In this document: piece by piece, positions 16,017-26,307 of the stretch
Layout of the letters: each line of letters opens with the position of its first letter
Numbering within the stretch: the first letter of the stretch is position 1
From: Actinomycetota bacterium
GTDB lineage: Bacteria; Actinomycetota; Actinomycetes; Actinomycetales; Microbacteriaceae
Assembly: GCA_039800905.1 (NCBI GenBank)
Contig: JBDLPW010000029.1
Coordinates: 1-45,936, forward strand
Length of the DNA stretch: 45,936 nucleotides
Reading direction: 5' to 3'
Position numbers and translations under genes: made by a program
The notes under the pieces: model-generated
Database searches by the model: none
The model's input: the letters and a program-made list of their open reading frames with translations, nothing else
What the model was told of the DNA's origin: nothing

Positions 16017-16955
16017 TTATGGGGCTTCGTGGTACTCGACCGAGACGATCGTTGGCCCATTCGCCGTGGTGGCAATGTGGAAGACGCCGAAGTCACCAGT
16101 GTTGGGTGAGGCAGCGCGCCGCACGTTCGCGTCGACGTTTCCGTTCGTTTGCGCGATCAATTCCGACACCAGTTGTGGGATGACCGGTCCGTGCGAACAG
16201 AGAACCACGGCCTTGCCCTTGGATAGTCGCCTGTCGATCGTCACGCGGGCATTCACTCCATCCGGCGACCACTTCTCTTGTGAAAGTTTCGTCGATTCCT
16301 TGACCCGGATGCCGGTGGCGGTCGCAAGCGGGGTGATGGTCTGAATGCACCGGGTCGCGGTCGACGTATAAATCGTCTCGGGCTTGTACGCGGCCAATCC
16401 GCCCGCGATGTTCCTCGCCTGGTCCTGGCCACGATGCAACAACGGTCGCTGCGAGTCGGGGCCATCCCAGTTGGTCGCGGGAACGGCCTTGCCGTGGCGA
16501 ACAATCACGATGGGGAACGTGTGTGCGAGTTTTGCGGCGTGCATCGTTGCGAACGACTCGACCAAACCGACGTCATGCGAATAGGTCAACTTTTCGCGTG
16601 CGACGGGAATCGTCATCCACTCGAGCTCCAAAATCTCATTGTTCGACTTGAACGGCGAACGTTCCGCCGCAGTCGGATCGACCTCGGCGGTCCAATAGTG
16701 AACCTCTTTACGCTTGCCGTTGTTCGGCATGACGTACTCGACGACGCCAAGGAACGGTCCAAGGCCGACGCTCAGTCCCGTCTCTTCACGAATTTCGCGA
16801 ACCGCGGTTTCGGGCAACGTCTCGCCAGGGTCAACCTTCCCCTTGGGGATGGAAATGTCCTTGTGCTGCGTGCGGTGAACGACGAGGATTTTCAGTTCCT
16901 TGTCGACGACCTTCCACAAGACTGCTCCAGCCGCGTACACCGTGTCGTTGGCCAT
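16017..16955 (-). CDS. NUDIX hydrolase with histidine-phosphatase domain (MutT1 type)
   Basis: NUDIX box GKVDPGETLPETAVREIREETG; RHG and SHG phosphatase motifs. ATG overlaps the ppk1 stop. Confidence 0.92.
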   Translation of the reverse strand: MANDTVYAAGAVLWKVVDKELKILVVHRTQHKDISIPKGKVDPGETLPETAVREIREETGLSVGLGPFLGVVEYVMPNNGKRKEVHYWTAEVDPTAAERSPFKSNNEILELEWMTIPVAREKLTYSHDVGLVESFATMHAAKLAHTFPIVIVRHGKAVPATNWDGPDSQRPLLHRGQDQARNIAGGLAAYKPETIYTSTATRCIQTITPLATATGIRVKESTKLSQEKWSPDGVNARVTIDRRLSKGKAVVLCSHGPVIPQLVSELIAQTNGNVDANVRRAASPNTGDFGVFHIATTANGPTIVSVEYHEAP

Positions 16956-19123
16956 TAGCGTGAGGCTCCGTTCTTGTTGCGCACTTCCGCCTCTTTCATC
17001 ATCGTGTTCTGGACGTCCATCAACGGTTCCCCGTGTGATTCGTGACGGTTCCAGTGCCCTTCGTTCGTCAGTATCCACGATGACGCAGTGTCGTCCATGT
17101 GTATATCGAACAACCTGTTGATACGCGCGATGTGGTCGTCCGCTTCAAGTTTCACCAGCACCTCGACGCGACGATCGAGGTTGCGGTGCATGAGGTCAGA
17201 ACTTCCGATGTACACGGACTGCTTGCCACCGTTGTGGAACGCGTAGATGCGCGAGTGTTCCAGGTAGCGGCCGAGAACACTGCGGACTCGAATGTTCTCG
17301 GACAGGCCGGGCACACCGGGGATGAGCGAGCAAATGCCGCGGACAGTCACATCGATGGGCACTCCTGCGCGGCTGGCTCGGTACAGCGCATCGATGAGTA
17401 CTTCGTCAACGAGCGAGTTGACCTTGAATCGAATGCCCGTTGGTTCACCGGCAAGGGCAGCGTCCGTTTCGCGGGCGATGAGCTTGAGTAACCCCTGGCG
17501 CAGGTATCGCGGGGCGACGAGAAGGCGCTTGAACTTCTTTTCGATCGCGTATCCACTCAACTCGTTGAACAGACGGGTCAGTTCGGCACCGACCTCATGC
17601 GAATTGGTGAACAGGCCGAGGTCTTCGTAGATACGGCTCGTCTTGGGGTTGTAGTTCCCCGTTCCGATGTGCGAGTAGTACGCCAGTTCACCGCTCTTTT
17701 CGCGACGGACAACCTGCGTCAACTTGCAGTGCGTCTTGAGGCCGACGAGTCCGTACACAACGTGCACGCCAGCCTTTTCCAACTGTCGTGCCCACGAGAT
17801 GTTGTTGCGCTCGTCGAATCGCGCCTTGACTTCAACCAGCGCGAGGACGGCCTTGCCCGATTCTGCTGCGGTGATCAGCGAGCGGACGATGGGAGAGTCA
17901 CCGGACGTGCGGTACAGCGTCTGCTTGATGGCGAGAACCTGCGGGTCACTCGCGGCTTGTTCGATGAATGCCTGAACACTTGTGGCGAACGATTCGTAAG
18001 GGTGATGAACGAGAACTTCACCGTCGCGCATCGCGGCGAAGAGATCGGCCGGTGTACTGGGCTCGGCTGATTGGAACGCGGCGACGGTCGTCGGCACGTG
18101 CTTGGAATATTTGAGGTCGTTTCGCGGCAGCCCAGAAATCTGGAACATCTCGTTGAGGCCGAGCGTTCCCGGCAGGCGGTACACCTCGGTGGCGTCCATG
18201 CCCAGCTCACGCACGAGGAAGTTGAGCGTGACCGAGTCCATGTCGTCGGAGATTTCGAGGCGAATCGGCGCACCGAAACGGCGACGTGACAGCCCCTCTT
18301 CGAGTGCTTTGATGAGGTTTTCGCTTTCGTCCTCATCGAGTTCCAGGTCCTCGTTTCGCGTCACGCGGAAGTTGTGGTGATCGAGGATTTCCATGCCCGG
18401 GAAGAGCGCACCGAGGTGGTGTGCGATGAGGTCTTCAAGCGGAATGAAGCGCAACTGTCCACTTCCGTTGTCGCGCAACTCGACGAATCGAGGCAGGATC
18501 GCGGGCACTTTAACGCGCGCAAAGTTCTCGTCGCCCGTCTTGGGGTTGCGCACGCGCACGGCAAGGTTGAGCGACAGTCCCGAGATGTAAGGGAACGGGT
18601 GTGCCGGGTCGACGGCAAGCGGGGTCAGCACCGGGAAGATCGTCGAGAAGAACAGTTCGTCGGTTTGCGCTTTGTCGTTGTCACTGAGTCGCGCCATCGA
18701 CACGATCTCGATGCCGGCTTCGCGCAGAGCGGGGATGAGCACGTTCTCGGCGAGAGTCGCGTGACGCACCTGCAGTTGCTGAGCTGTCTGGTGAATCGAT
18801 GCAAGAACATCGGCGGGCAGACGGCCAATGTTTGTCGGGACCGCTATACCCGTCTCGATGCGGCGCTTGAGTCCAGCGACGCGCACCATGAAAAATTCGT
18901 CGAGGTTGTTGGCGAAAATGGCGAGGAAGTTGACGCGCTCCAACAGCGGAACGGTTTCGTCTTCCGCGAGTTCTAGTACGCGACGGTTGAACGACAGCCA
19001 CGACAACTCGCGGTCGAGATATCGCTGCGCCGGCAGACTCGCATCGGCTATGCGCGCGGGGTCTACCCAGTCGTCATCGAGGTCGTCGTCGATGGCGTCG
19101 CGGTGGCCGCTGTTCTCGGTCAT
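16955..19123 (-). CDS. ppk1: Polyphosphate kinase 1
   Basis: RELSWLSFNRRVL, NLDEFFMVRVAGL, HHPYESF, IKQTLYR, KTHCK, RYLEHSR, RNLDRRVE. Confidence 0.98.
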   Translation of the reverse strand: MTENSGHRDAIDDDLDDDWVDPARIADASLPAQRYLDRELSWLSFNRRVLELAEDETVPLLERVNFLAIFANNLDEFFMVRVAGLKRRIETGIAVPTNIGRLPADVLASIHQTAQQLQVRHATLAENVLIPALREAGIEIVSMARLSDNDKAQTDELFFSTIFPVLTPLAVDPAHPFPYISGLSLNLAVRVRNPKTGDENFARVKVPAILPRFVELRDNGSGQLRFIPLEDLIAHHLGALFPGMEILDHHNFRVTRNEDLELDEDESENLIKALEEGLSRRRFGAPIRLEISDDMDSVTLNFLVRELGMDATEVYRLPGTLGLNEMFQISGLPRNDLKYSKHVPTTVAAFQSAEPSTPADLFAAMRDGEVLVHHPYESFATSVQAFIEQAASDPQVLAIKQTLYRTSGDSPIVRSLITAAESGKAVLALVEVKARFDERNNISWARQLEKAGVHVVYGLVGLKTHCKLTQVVRREKSGELAYYSHIGTGNYNPKTSRIYEDLGLFTNSHEVGAELTRLFNELSGYAIEKKFKRLLVAPRYLRQGLLKLIARETDAALAGEPTGIRFKVNSLVDEVLIDALYRASRAGVPIDVTVRGICSLIPGVPGLSENIRVRSVLGRYLEHSRIYAFHNGGKQSVYIGSSDLMHRNLDRRVEVLVKLEADDHIARINRLFDIHMDDTASSWILTNEGHWNRHESHGEPLMDVQNTMMKEAEVRNKNGASR

Positions 19124-19779
19124 TCATCTTCTCCGTTGGGGGCAAATCGATACCCGACGTTGCGCACGGTGCCGATGACTGATTCGTGGTCACCGAGTTT
19201 GGCGCGAAGACGGCGGACGTGCACGTCGACGGTTCGGGTTCCCCCAAAGTAGTCGTAACCCCAGACTTCCGACAACAACTGTTCACGGGTGAAGACGCGG
19301 CTGGGGTTGGCCACGAGGTAGCGCAACAGTTCAAATTCTTTGAACGTGAGGTCAAGCGCGCGGCCACCGACGTTAGCCTGGTAACTCGCTTCGTCGATTG
19401 AGACGCCCGAGTGAGAAATCCCCGTCGCACCGGTCGGTTGGTGGGTGGTGATCGCGAGACGGATACGCGCATCAACCTCGGCGAGGGTCGTTGTCGGCAT
19501 GAGGAAATCGGTGATTCCCCACGATGCGTCGATGACAGGAAGCGACGTGTCGCGCAGCGCGAGCAGTACGGGCACGGGAACCTGTGCGGTGGCAAGTACC
19601 GATGCCATCGATTTGGCGGAAACCAGGTCGGTGACACCGTCGATGATGATGACATTGACGTCGCCGTGGTTCGCAACGGATTGCGGGGACAGTGGAGCGG
19701 TCACAATCTGGTGGGGAAGCAGAGTGAGCGCTGGAATCGGGGGTTCGCTGGACGCGCTGAGCACCAATAAACGTGCCAT
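19120..19779 (-). CDS. glnR: Orphan OmpR-family regulator, GlnR-like
   Basis: LDLTFKEFELL, EVWGYDYFGGTRTVDVHVRRLRAKLG, atypical receiver domain. RBS GGAGG. Location near ygfZ/ppk fits. Confidence 0.8.
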   Translation of the reverse strand: MARLLVLSASSEPPIPALTLLPHQIVTAPLSPQSVANHGDVNVIIIDGVTDLVSAKSMASVLATAQVPVPVLLALRDTSLPVIDASWGITDFLMPTTTLAEVDARIRLAITTHQPTGATGISHSGVSIDEASYQANVGGRALDLTFKEFELLRYLVANPSRVFTREQLLSEVWGYDYFGGTRTVDVHVRRLRAKLGDHESVIGTVRNVGYRFAPNGEDE

Positions 19780-19830
19780 TATCGCCTCCCTCCACGCCAG
19801 TTTTAAGTGTAGGGCGTTTAGAGTGGGCTT

Positions 19831-20094
19831 ATGCCCCGCAGGTTCGCCACCGCTCTCCCGTCCTGGGTGATTGCGCTGGTGGGAAGCGTCTGGGCGGTCG
19901 CGCAGAGTGACACCTTGTGGGCGGGCACGATTTCGGTCGCTCTGGGGGCGTCGATCGTGACGTCGTTTGTGGTCCAACTCTCGATTCAACGCAAAGAAGG
20001 TCTTGTCAACCGTTTGGCCTTCACGACGGCCGGGTCGCTCCTCATCGCCGCCCTCGGCGTTGTGATTGCGTGGCTCGCTCACGGCGTAGGCTAG
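19831..20094 (+). CDS. Small membrane protein
   Basis: Three hydrophobic segments, QL...EGLVNRL motif. TAGAGT -10 box 6 nt before ATG. Confidence 0.7.
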   Translation: MPRRFATALPSWVIALVGSVWAVAQSDTLWAGTISVALGASIVTSFVVQLSIQRKEGLVNRLAFTTAGSLLIAALGVVIAWLAHGVG

Positions 20095-20098
20095 TGCC

Positions 20099-20209
20099 AT
20101 GATTTTGACCCTGGAAATCTTTTTCCTCAGCCTTCTCGGTCTCGCGGCAGTCGGTATCGGCGTCACCGCTCTCACGGTCCTCATCCGTCTGTTCCGCGGC
20201 CAGCGCTAG
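20099..20209 (+). CDS. 36-aa single-TM microprotein (not in ORF track)
   Basis: MILTLEIFFLSLLGLAAVGIGVTALTVLIRLFRGQR*; fills the gap between its neighbours almost exactly. Confidence 0.7.
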   Translation: MILTLEIFFLSLLGLAAVGIGVTALTVLIRLFRGQR

Positions 20210-20211
20210 TC

Positions 20212-21165
20212 ATGTCGAACCCGTTCGTCGAACAGCGAGACCTGGTCGATGGAAATGCGGCAGTTCGCGTTGATGCGGCTGTCGTTTCGGTGACGGGTGC
20301 CGATCGGGCCGCTGTCCTCAACGCGACCCTTTCCCAGTCTCTGCTGGGGATGGCACCGGGAGAATCGCGCGAAGCGCTCGAACTCGATGGAAACGGGCGA
20401 ATCATCCGAATCCTGCACGTCCTCGAACGTAACGAAGACACTCTCCTCATCGTTCCCGGCGCACGCGGCGAGGACGTCGTCGAATGGCTCGACAAGCGCG
20501 TGTTCATGGAGGACGTCGCCGCCACGGATCTTTCGGACGCGGTTGCCGTGTACGGCGGAACCCGCGCGTGGGGCGAGACTGTCTGGACCGATCCATGGCC
20601 CACCATCCAGCCGGGCGGCTTCACCTACGGCGATAAGACGGCTCCCGCGTGGGCCTATGTCGAAACGATTACCGATGCTTCCGCCGATGCACCCGCTCGG
20701 ATCGTTGACGACACCGTAATGGATGCGATTCGCGTTGAGGCGGGCCGCCCGGCGCTCGCGGAAATCGACGACAAGTCGTTGCCGCACGAACTCGATTGGC
20801 TTCGCACCGCTGTTCACCTGTCCAAAGGGTGCTACACCGGCCAAGAAACGGTCGCCAAGATTCACAACGTCGGGCATCCACCTCGACGGCTAGTTCGCCT
20901 CCACTTGGATGGTTCCGATTCCGTCTTCGCTGCGGCGGGCGATGTCGTCACAGCCAACGGTGAGCCGGTCGGAGAGATAACCACCGCCGCCGTACATTTC
21001 GAATCGGGACCCATCGCGTTGGCGCGCATCAAACGAACCGTTCCCGACGACGTCAGTCTGGTCGTCACTCACGACGGTGTCGACATCGCCGCCACGCAGG
21101 AGGTCATCGTTCCGCCGACTGCGGGGGCTACGGCTGCGGAGCGACTGCGCCCCAGTCGACCGTAA
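20212..21165 (+). CDS. ygfZ: YgfZ/GcvT-family folate-binding protein
   Basis: KGCYTGQETVAK signature. Confidence 0.93.
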   Translation: MSNPFVEQRDLVDGNAAVRVDAAVVSVTGADRAAVLNATLSQSLLGMAPGESREALELDGNGRIIRILHVLERNEDTLLIVPGARGEDVVEWLDKRVFMEDVAATDLSDAVAVYGGTRAWGETVWTDPWPTIQPGGFTYGDKTAPAWAYVETITDASADAPARIVDDTVMDAIRVEAGRPALAEIDDKSLPHELDWLRTAVHLSKGCYTGQETVAKIHNVGHPPRRLVRLHLDGSDSVFAAAGDVVTANGEPVGEITTAAVHFESGPIALARIKRTVPDDVSLVVTHDGVDIAATQEVIVPPTAGATAAERLRPSRP

Positions 21166-21898
21166 TTTCACCCAATCGCCAACGCGACTGATTGTCGTGG
21201 ACGGGCCAGCCCAGATTCTTCATTCCGCGGACAGTTGCCACCCATCGCTGGACGGGGGAAAGTGCACCGATTCCCGAATGTGTTGCCCACTGTCGGTCGA
21301 GGTCAATAAAGAACCGGTGAATGTTTTCACCGGGAACGTTGCGATGAATAAGGACTTTGACCAGTCGTTCGGCAGCGATGCTGGGAACCTCGAGGTCGGC
21401 CAGGCGCAATGAGACCGAGAACGTGTTGGGGCCTTCGGGGGACAGCGCGACCCACGTGGAGACGCGGCCAATCTCGTCGCAGGTACCGTCGATAAACAAC
21501 CCACCCGGCGCGAGTCTGGCGCAAATCGTGTCCCAAATTGCTGCGACTTCTGGCTCGTCGTACTGTCTCAGAACGTTGAACGCGCGCACGACATCGGGAC
21601 GACGCTCCGTGGGGATCTCGAAACCGCCGTGCCGGAACGAGACGACTTCCGTCTCAAACGGCTTGGCTGCGGCAACGCGCTCGGGGTCAATCTCAATTCC
21701 GACAACACGGGCATTTGGTTTGACCGCGGTGATGCGATTGGCGAGTTCCAGAGTCGTGTGTTGCGCCGCGCCAAACCCCAAATCGACGACGAGTGGCTCG
21801 TGCATCGCGCGAACGCGGGGGTGCCGCACCAGCCACCTGTCGGATCGGCGAAGACGATTCGTCCCCGTCGTTCCGCGCGTGATTCGACCGACTACCAC
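21128..21898 (-). CDS. Class I SAM-dependent methyltransferase
   Basis: [49 protein letters not shown] start approximate. Confidence 0.85.
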   Translation of the reverse strand: MVVGRITRGTTGTNRLRRSDRWLVRHPRVRAMHEPLVVDLGFGAAQHTTLELANRITAVKPNARVVGIEIDPERVAAAKPFETEVVSFRHGGFEIPTERRPDVVRAFNVLRQYDEPEVAAIWDTICARLAPGGLFIDGTCDEIGRVSTWVALSPEGPNTFSVSLRLADLEVPSIAAERLVKVLIHRNVPGENIHRFFIDLDRQWATHSGIGALSPVQRWVATVRGMKNLGWPVHDNQSRWRLGEITVDWGAVAPQP

Positions 21899-21929
21899 CA
21901 CTCCATTCTGGCTGGTTAGGCTATTCCCT

Positions 21930-22673
21930 ATGACCCACACACTCATCCTGCTGCGCCACGGCAATTCGACCTGGAACCAGAAAAACCTGTTCACCGGTTG
22001 GGTGGACGTTCGTTTGTCCGAGCAGGGTGTCGGCGAGGCGACCCGTGCGGGCGAACTGCTCGCCGAGAGTGGGCTGAAGCCCGATGTGTTGTACACCAGT
22101 GTTTTGTCACGCGCGATCCAGACGGCGAACATCGCCCTCGACCGCGCAGATCGTTTGTGGATTCCCGTCAAGCGTTCGTGGCGACTCAACGAACGTCACT
22201 ATGGAGCACTGCAGGGAATGGACAAGGCGCAGACGCTGGAAGAGTTCGGTCCCGAGCAGTTCCAGTTGTGGCGTCGCTCATTCGATGTGCCCCCGCCCCC
22301 GCTCGACGACTCGTCCGAGTGGTCGCAGGCAAACGACGAGCGTTACGCGGGACTCGGCGCTGACCTTCCTCGCACCGAATCACTCAAACTCGTCATCGAC
22401 CGCATGCTGCCGTATTGGCAGAGCGACATCGCCCCCGACCTGAAGAGTGGCAAGACGGTCCTCGTCACCGCGCACGGCAATTCGTTGCGTGCACTCGTCA
22501 AGCACCTCGAGGGGATCTCGGACGACGACATCGCGGAACTCAACATCCCGACCGGAATCCCGCTCGTCTACACGCTGGATGACAACCTTGTGCCGGTCGG
22601 CAAGGGTGAATACCTTGACCCGGAGGCTGCTGCCGCGGGTGCCGCCGCAGTGGCGAACCAGGGTAAGAAGTAG
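21930..22673 (+). CDS. gpmA: 2,3-BPG-dependent phosphoglycerate mutase
   Basis: [42 protein letters not shown]. Confidence 0.98.
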   Translation: MTHTLILLRHGNSTWNQKNLFTGWVDVRLSEQGVGEATRAGELLAESGLKPDVLYTSVLSRAIQTANIALDRADRLWIPVKRSWRLNERHYGALQGMDKAQTLEEFGPEQFQLWRRSFDVPPPPLDDSSEWSQANDERYAGLGADLPRTESLKLVIDRMLPYWQSDIAPDLKSGKTVLVTAHGNSLRALVKHLEGISDDDIAELNIPTGIPLVYTLDDNLVPVGKGEYLDPEAAAAGAAAVANQGKK

Positions 22674-22676
22674 CCG

Positions 22677-23168
22677 CTAGTAAGTAGCGGTGGGTTCGGC
22701 GTGATCGGCCGGAACGTACGGTGCGTACAGCGGGTCAGTTCCGTCGAGAACGGGAACGCTGACCAGCTGGCCCTCGTTCGAGCCGTACTGCAGGTAAACA
22801 TCAACGTACTGACCCGCAACAACGCCAGCGCCGAAGAGGACAACCGGGTTGTCGTCGGCGATGCCCATTTTGGTGTTTCCCGGGTACGCGCCGGTCTCGG
22901 TTGAGACCGTGGTTGCTCCACGGACTTCTACCGAGAGGAATTCGAGCGACGAACCGTGGTTGACGATACTGCCGACGAGAGCGGCGTCACCTGATCCGTT
23001 CGTGACGACGAGAAGGTTTCGTACCGAGAGCTGGCCGATGTTCGCCGAGACGCCGTCGCTTGCGTCATAGTGCTTGAGGGTCGCGGTCGGGGTGAAAACT
23101 CCACAACCGGCAGTACCCAGAAGAAGAGCGGACGCAACGGCAGCGGTTGCAAGAGCACGAATTCGCAC
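22677..23168 (-). CDS. Putative lipoprotein (LpqE-like), divergent from carD
   Basis: Lipobox LLLGTAGC; YDASDGV motif; VPVLDG. Confidence 0.8.
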   Translation of the reverse strand: MRIRALATAAVASALLLGTAGCGVFTPTATLKHYDASDGVSANIGQLSVRNLLVVTNGSGDAALVGSIVNHGSSLEFLSVEVRGATTVSTETGAYPGNTKMGIADDNPVVLFGAGVVAGQYVDVYLQYGSNEGQLVSVPVLDGTDPLYAPYVPADHAEPTATY

Positions 23169-23270
23169 AGTTAATCCTTCGGAACGAATGGTTCGATTGC
23201 CTTCAGTCTAGCGAACGGGTACCCGTCGGTTGGCGGGACTTCGGTCACGCTGGTTCACCGTCGTCCCCTG

Positions 23271-23279
23271 TGGTAAAAT
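23271..23279 (+). promoter_or_regulatory. Extended -10 promoter element of carD
   Basis: TGGTAAAAT (TGn-TAAAAT) 30 nt upstream of ATG. Confidence 0.6.
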
Positions 23280-23309
23280 TGAGGTTCTGGCGAAGGGAAA
23301 TCCGTAATT

Positions 23310-23792
23310 ATGGCGTTCAAAGTTGGCGAAACTGTCGTTTACCCGCACCACGGCGCGGCCACCATCGTCGAAATCAAGACTCGCGTGATCAAGGGCGAGG
23401 AAAAGAAGTACCTCAAGCTCAACGTCAGCCAGGGCGGTTTGACCATCGAGGTCCCGTCGGACAACGTTGAAATGGTTGGGGTCCGCGACGTCATCGACAA
23501 GGCCGGACTCGAGCGAGTATTCGCCGTTCTCCGTGACCCGATCGTTGAAGAGCCCGCCAACTGGTCGCGTCGTTACAAGGCGAACCTGGAAAAGCTCGCA
23601 TCGGGTGACGTCATCAAGGTGTCCGAGGTCGTTCGTGACCTGTGGCGTCGTGAACAGGACCGCGGACTGTCGGCCGGTGAAAAGCGCATGCTCGCAAAGG
23701 CGCGTCAGATTCTCATTTCCGAACTCGCACTGGCTGAGAAGTCGAACGAGGAGAAGGCTGGCCTTCGACTCGACCAGGTTCTCGCTTCCTAA
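23310..23792 (+). CDS. carD: CarD transcription factor
   Basis: [41 protein letters not shown]. Confidence 0.98.
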   Translation: MAFKVGETVVYPHHGAATIVEIKTRVIKGEEKKYLKLNVSQGGLTIEVPSDNVEMVGVRDVIDKAGLERVFAVLRDPIVEEPANWSRRYKANLEKLASGDVIKVSEVVRDLWRREQDRGLSAGEKRMLAKARQILISELALAEKSNEEKAGLRLDQVLAS

Positions 23793-23798
23793 GTCGTC

Positions 23799-24914
23799 AT
23801 GACGCGAATCGGGCTGGTCCTTCTCGCGGCCGGTTCCGGTACCCGCCTCGGTCGAGGCATCCCGAAAGCGCTGGTTTCCGTCAATGGGACCAGCATTCTC
23901 GAGCACGCATTGGCTGTCGTTCCCGCACTGAATCCTTCCGTCACGGTTGTCACGGCTCCCGCGGACGACGTCGACACCGTTCGCGGAATTGTTGATGCAG
24001 CCGGCGTTTCGGCGATGGTCGTCGTCGGCGGCGACACCCGAACCGCGAGCGTTCGCGCCGGGGTGGCTGCCTTGTCAGAGGTCGAGGTCGTCCTCATTCA
24101 CGATGTTGCTCGCGCCTGGATGCCGGTCGACGTGTTCCGTGCAGTTGCGGCTGAAGTTGCAGCCACGGGGGACGGTGTGATTCCCATCCTGCCGATGGCG
24201 GACACGGTCGTTGTCGTCAAGGATGCCGTGCTCACCGAGACCACAGACCGCGATTCCCTCGCCCGTGTGCAAACGCCCCAGGGGTTCCCATTCGACGCTT
24301 ATCGTGCGGCGCTTTCCCGCGTCGACGGGGACTTTACGGACGATGCCAACTTGTGGCGCGCCAGTGGCGGAACAGTTCGCACAGTCCCCGGTGACGAACG
24401 CGGCCAGAAGATCACGGTCGAAGCCGACCTCGTGCGCGCGGAGGGCGGAATCCGCGTCGGTCTTGGTACCGACACTCACGCGTTCGGTGGAGACAAGCCC
24501 CTGTGGCTCGGTTGCGTGGAATGGCCGGGGGAGGTCGGGCTGGACGGGCACTCGGACGGCGACGCCGTCGCACACGCCATCACCGATGCGCTGTTGCAGG
24601 GAGCGGGACTGGGTGACATCGGGAGTCGATTCGGCACCGACGACCCGCGCTATTCGGGCGCTCGCGGTGAAGTCTTCATCCGCGGCGCACTCGAGGCACT
24701 TGCCGGGGTCGGCCGAGCTCCGCGCTCCGTTTCCGTCCAGATCGTGGGGAACAAGCCGAAAATCGGCCCGCGCCGAGGCGAATTGGAGTCCGTCTTGACC
24801 GCCATCGTTGGCGCACCCGTCTCCGTCAGCGCGACGACGACCGACGGACTCGGCTTCACGGGCGAAGGCAAGGGCATCACCGCCGTCGCGGTCGCTCACG
24901 TCGCTGTGGTCTAA
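23799..24914 (+). CDS. ispDF: Bifunctional IspD/IspF
   Basis: AAGSGTRLG..PKA, IHD.AR, VQTPQGF, then GTDTHAF, GHSDGDAV.HA, ATTTDGLGFTG in one frame. Confidence 0.95.
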   Translation: MTRIGLVLLAAGSGTRLGRGIPKALVSVNGTSILEHALAVVPALNPSVTVVTAPADDVDTVRGIVDAAGVSAMVVVGGDTRTASVRAGVAALSEVEVVLIHDVARAWMPVDVFRAVAAEVAATGDGVIPILPMADTVVVVKDAVLTETTDRDSLARVQTPQGFPFDAYRAALSRVDGDFTDDANLWRASGGTVRTVPGDERGQKITVEADLVRAEGGIRVGLGTDTHAFGGDKPLWLGCVEWPGEVGLDGHSDGDAVAHAITDALLQGAGLGDIGSRFGTDDPRYSGARGEVFIRGALEALAGVGRAPRSVSVQIVGNKPKIGPRRGELESVLTAIVGAPVSVSATTTDGLGFTGEGKGITAVAVAHVAVV

Positions 24915-24933
24915 GCCTCGGTACGATTGGCAG

Positions 24934-26307
24934 GTGAGTATCCGCCTGTTCGACACCGTCACGCAATCGTTGCGTGACTTCGAACCACGCGTTCCCGGAC
25001 AGGTCGGGTTGTACGTGTGCGGACCAACCGTTCAGTCGTCGCCACACATTGGGCATTTGCGCAGCGCGCTCGCCTACGACCTGTGGCGCCGTTGGTTTAC
25101 GTACCGCGGATTCGATGTCACGCTCGTTCGAAACGTCACCGACATCGACGACAAGATTTTGGCCGCATCCGGTACCGAGGAATGGTGGGCACTGGCGTAC
25201 CGAATCGAACGCGAGTTCTCCAGTGCTGCGGAAGCGCTGGGAATTCTGCCTCCGACGTATGAACCTCGCGCCACCGGCCACATCGGTGACATGATCGCAC
25301 TGATCGAACGACTGATCGAGCGCGGTCACGCCTATGCAGCGAACGATAACAGCGGAGACGTCTATTTCTCGGTGTCGTCCTGGTCAGATTATGGCCAGCT
25401 GACGCGTCAGTCGCCCGACGCAGTCGAGAACGACGATTCGGCGGCTGACCGCGCCAAAAAGGACCCGCGCGACTTCGCCCTCTGGAAGGGTCGCAAGTCG
25501 GACGAGCCTAAAACGGCGTCGTGGGCTTCACCGTGGGGGCCCGGTCGTCCGGGTTGGCACATCGAATGCTCAGCGATGGCGACCCGTTACCTCGGTTCGT
25601 CGTTTGACATCCACGGCGGCGGTTTGGACCTCCGGTTCCCGCACCACGAAAACGAGCTTGCACAGTCGCGCGCGGCGGGGGACGATTTCGCGACCACGTG
25701 GTTACACAATGGACTCGTCACCGTCGGCGGACAAAAGATGTCCAAGTCGATCGGGAACGTCCTCGGTGTCACCGACCTACTCGCGCAGACTGATTGGGTG
25801 ACCGCCCGCTACTTTCTGCTTGCGTCGCACTACCGTTCGACGATGGACGTCCACGACGGCGCGGTCGGCGAAGCAGCATCGGCATGGGAACGTGTCCGCA
25901 ACTTTGCTCAGCGCACCTCGGCATCGGTGACGAACGCGAACGAGGTACCCGACGCGTTCGCAGCAGCGATGGACGACGACCTCGCTGTTCCCACGGCGCT
26001 CGCCGTGCTGCACGACACCGTTCGTGCGGGTAACACCGCACTCGACGCGGGGGACGACGTCACGGTTCACGCGAACGCCGTTGCCGCCATGACCGCCGTT
26101 CTCGGGTTGCCGACAAAGTCGAACGAGTCGGGGTCGGCTCACGCCGCATTGTCGGTGTTGATGGAACGCATCATCAAACAGCGCACCGAAGCGCGCGCAA
26201 ACAAGGATTGGTCGACCGCGGATCGCATTCGCGACGATCTCGATGCCGCGGGCATCACCGTCGAAGACGGCACCGACACGACAAGGTGGAGTATCTCGAA
26301 TGGTTAA
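24934..26307 (+). CDS. cysS: Cysteine--tRNA ligase
   Basis: [35 protein letters not shown]. Confidence 0.98.
   Translation: MSIRLFDTVTQSLRDFEPRVPGQVGLYVCGPTVQSSPHIGHLRSALAYDLWRRWFTYRGFDVTLVRNVTDIDDKILAASGTEEWWALAYRIEREFSSAAEALGILPPTYEPRATGHIGDMIALIERLIERGHAYAANDNSGDVYFSVSSWSDYGQLTRQSPDAVENDDSAADRAKKDPRDFALWKGRKSDEPKTASWASPWGPGRPGWHIECSAMATRYLGSSFDIHGGGLDLRFPHHENELAQSRAAGDDFATTWLHNGLVTVGGQKMSKSIGNVLGVTDLLAQTDWVTARYFLLASHYRSTMDVHDGAVGEAASAWERVRNFAQRTSASVTNANEVPDAFAAAMDDDLAVPTALAVLHDTVRAGNTALDAGDDVTVHANAVAAMTAVLGLPTKSNESGSAHAALSVLMERIIKQRTEARANKDWSTADRIRDDLDAAGITVEDGTDTTRWSISNG

Noticed and set aside
19780-20184. 354-aa version of the response regulator
   Set aside because: Extension overlaps two divergent genes; RBS GGAGG supports ATG 19779
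21357-22189. Long N-terminal extensions of gpmA (from 21357) and the methyltransferase (from 22189)
   Set aside because: Each extension is just the antisense of the other gene; real starts are near 21930 and 21898 with -10 boxes
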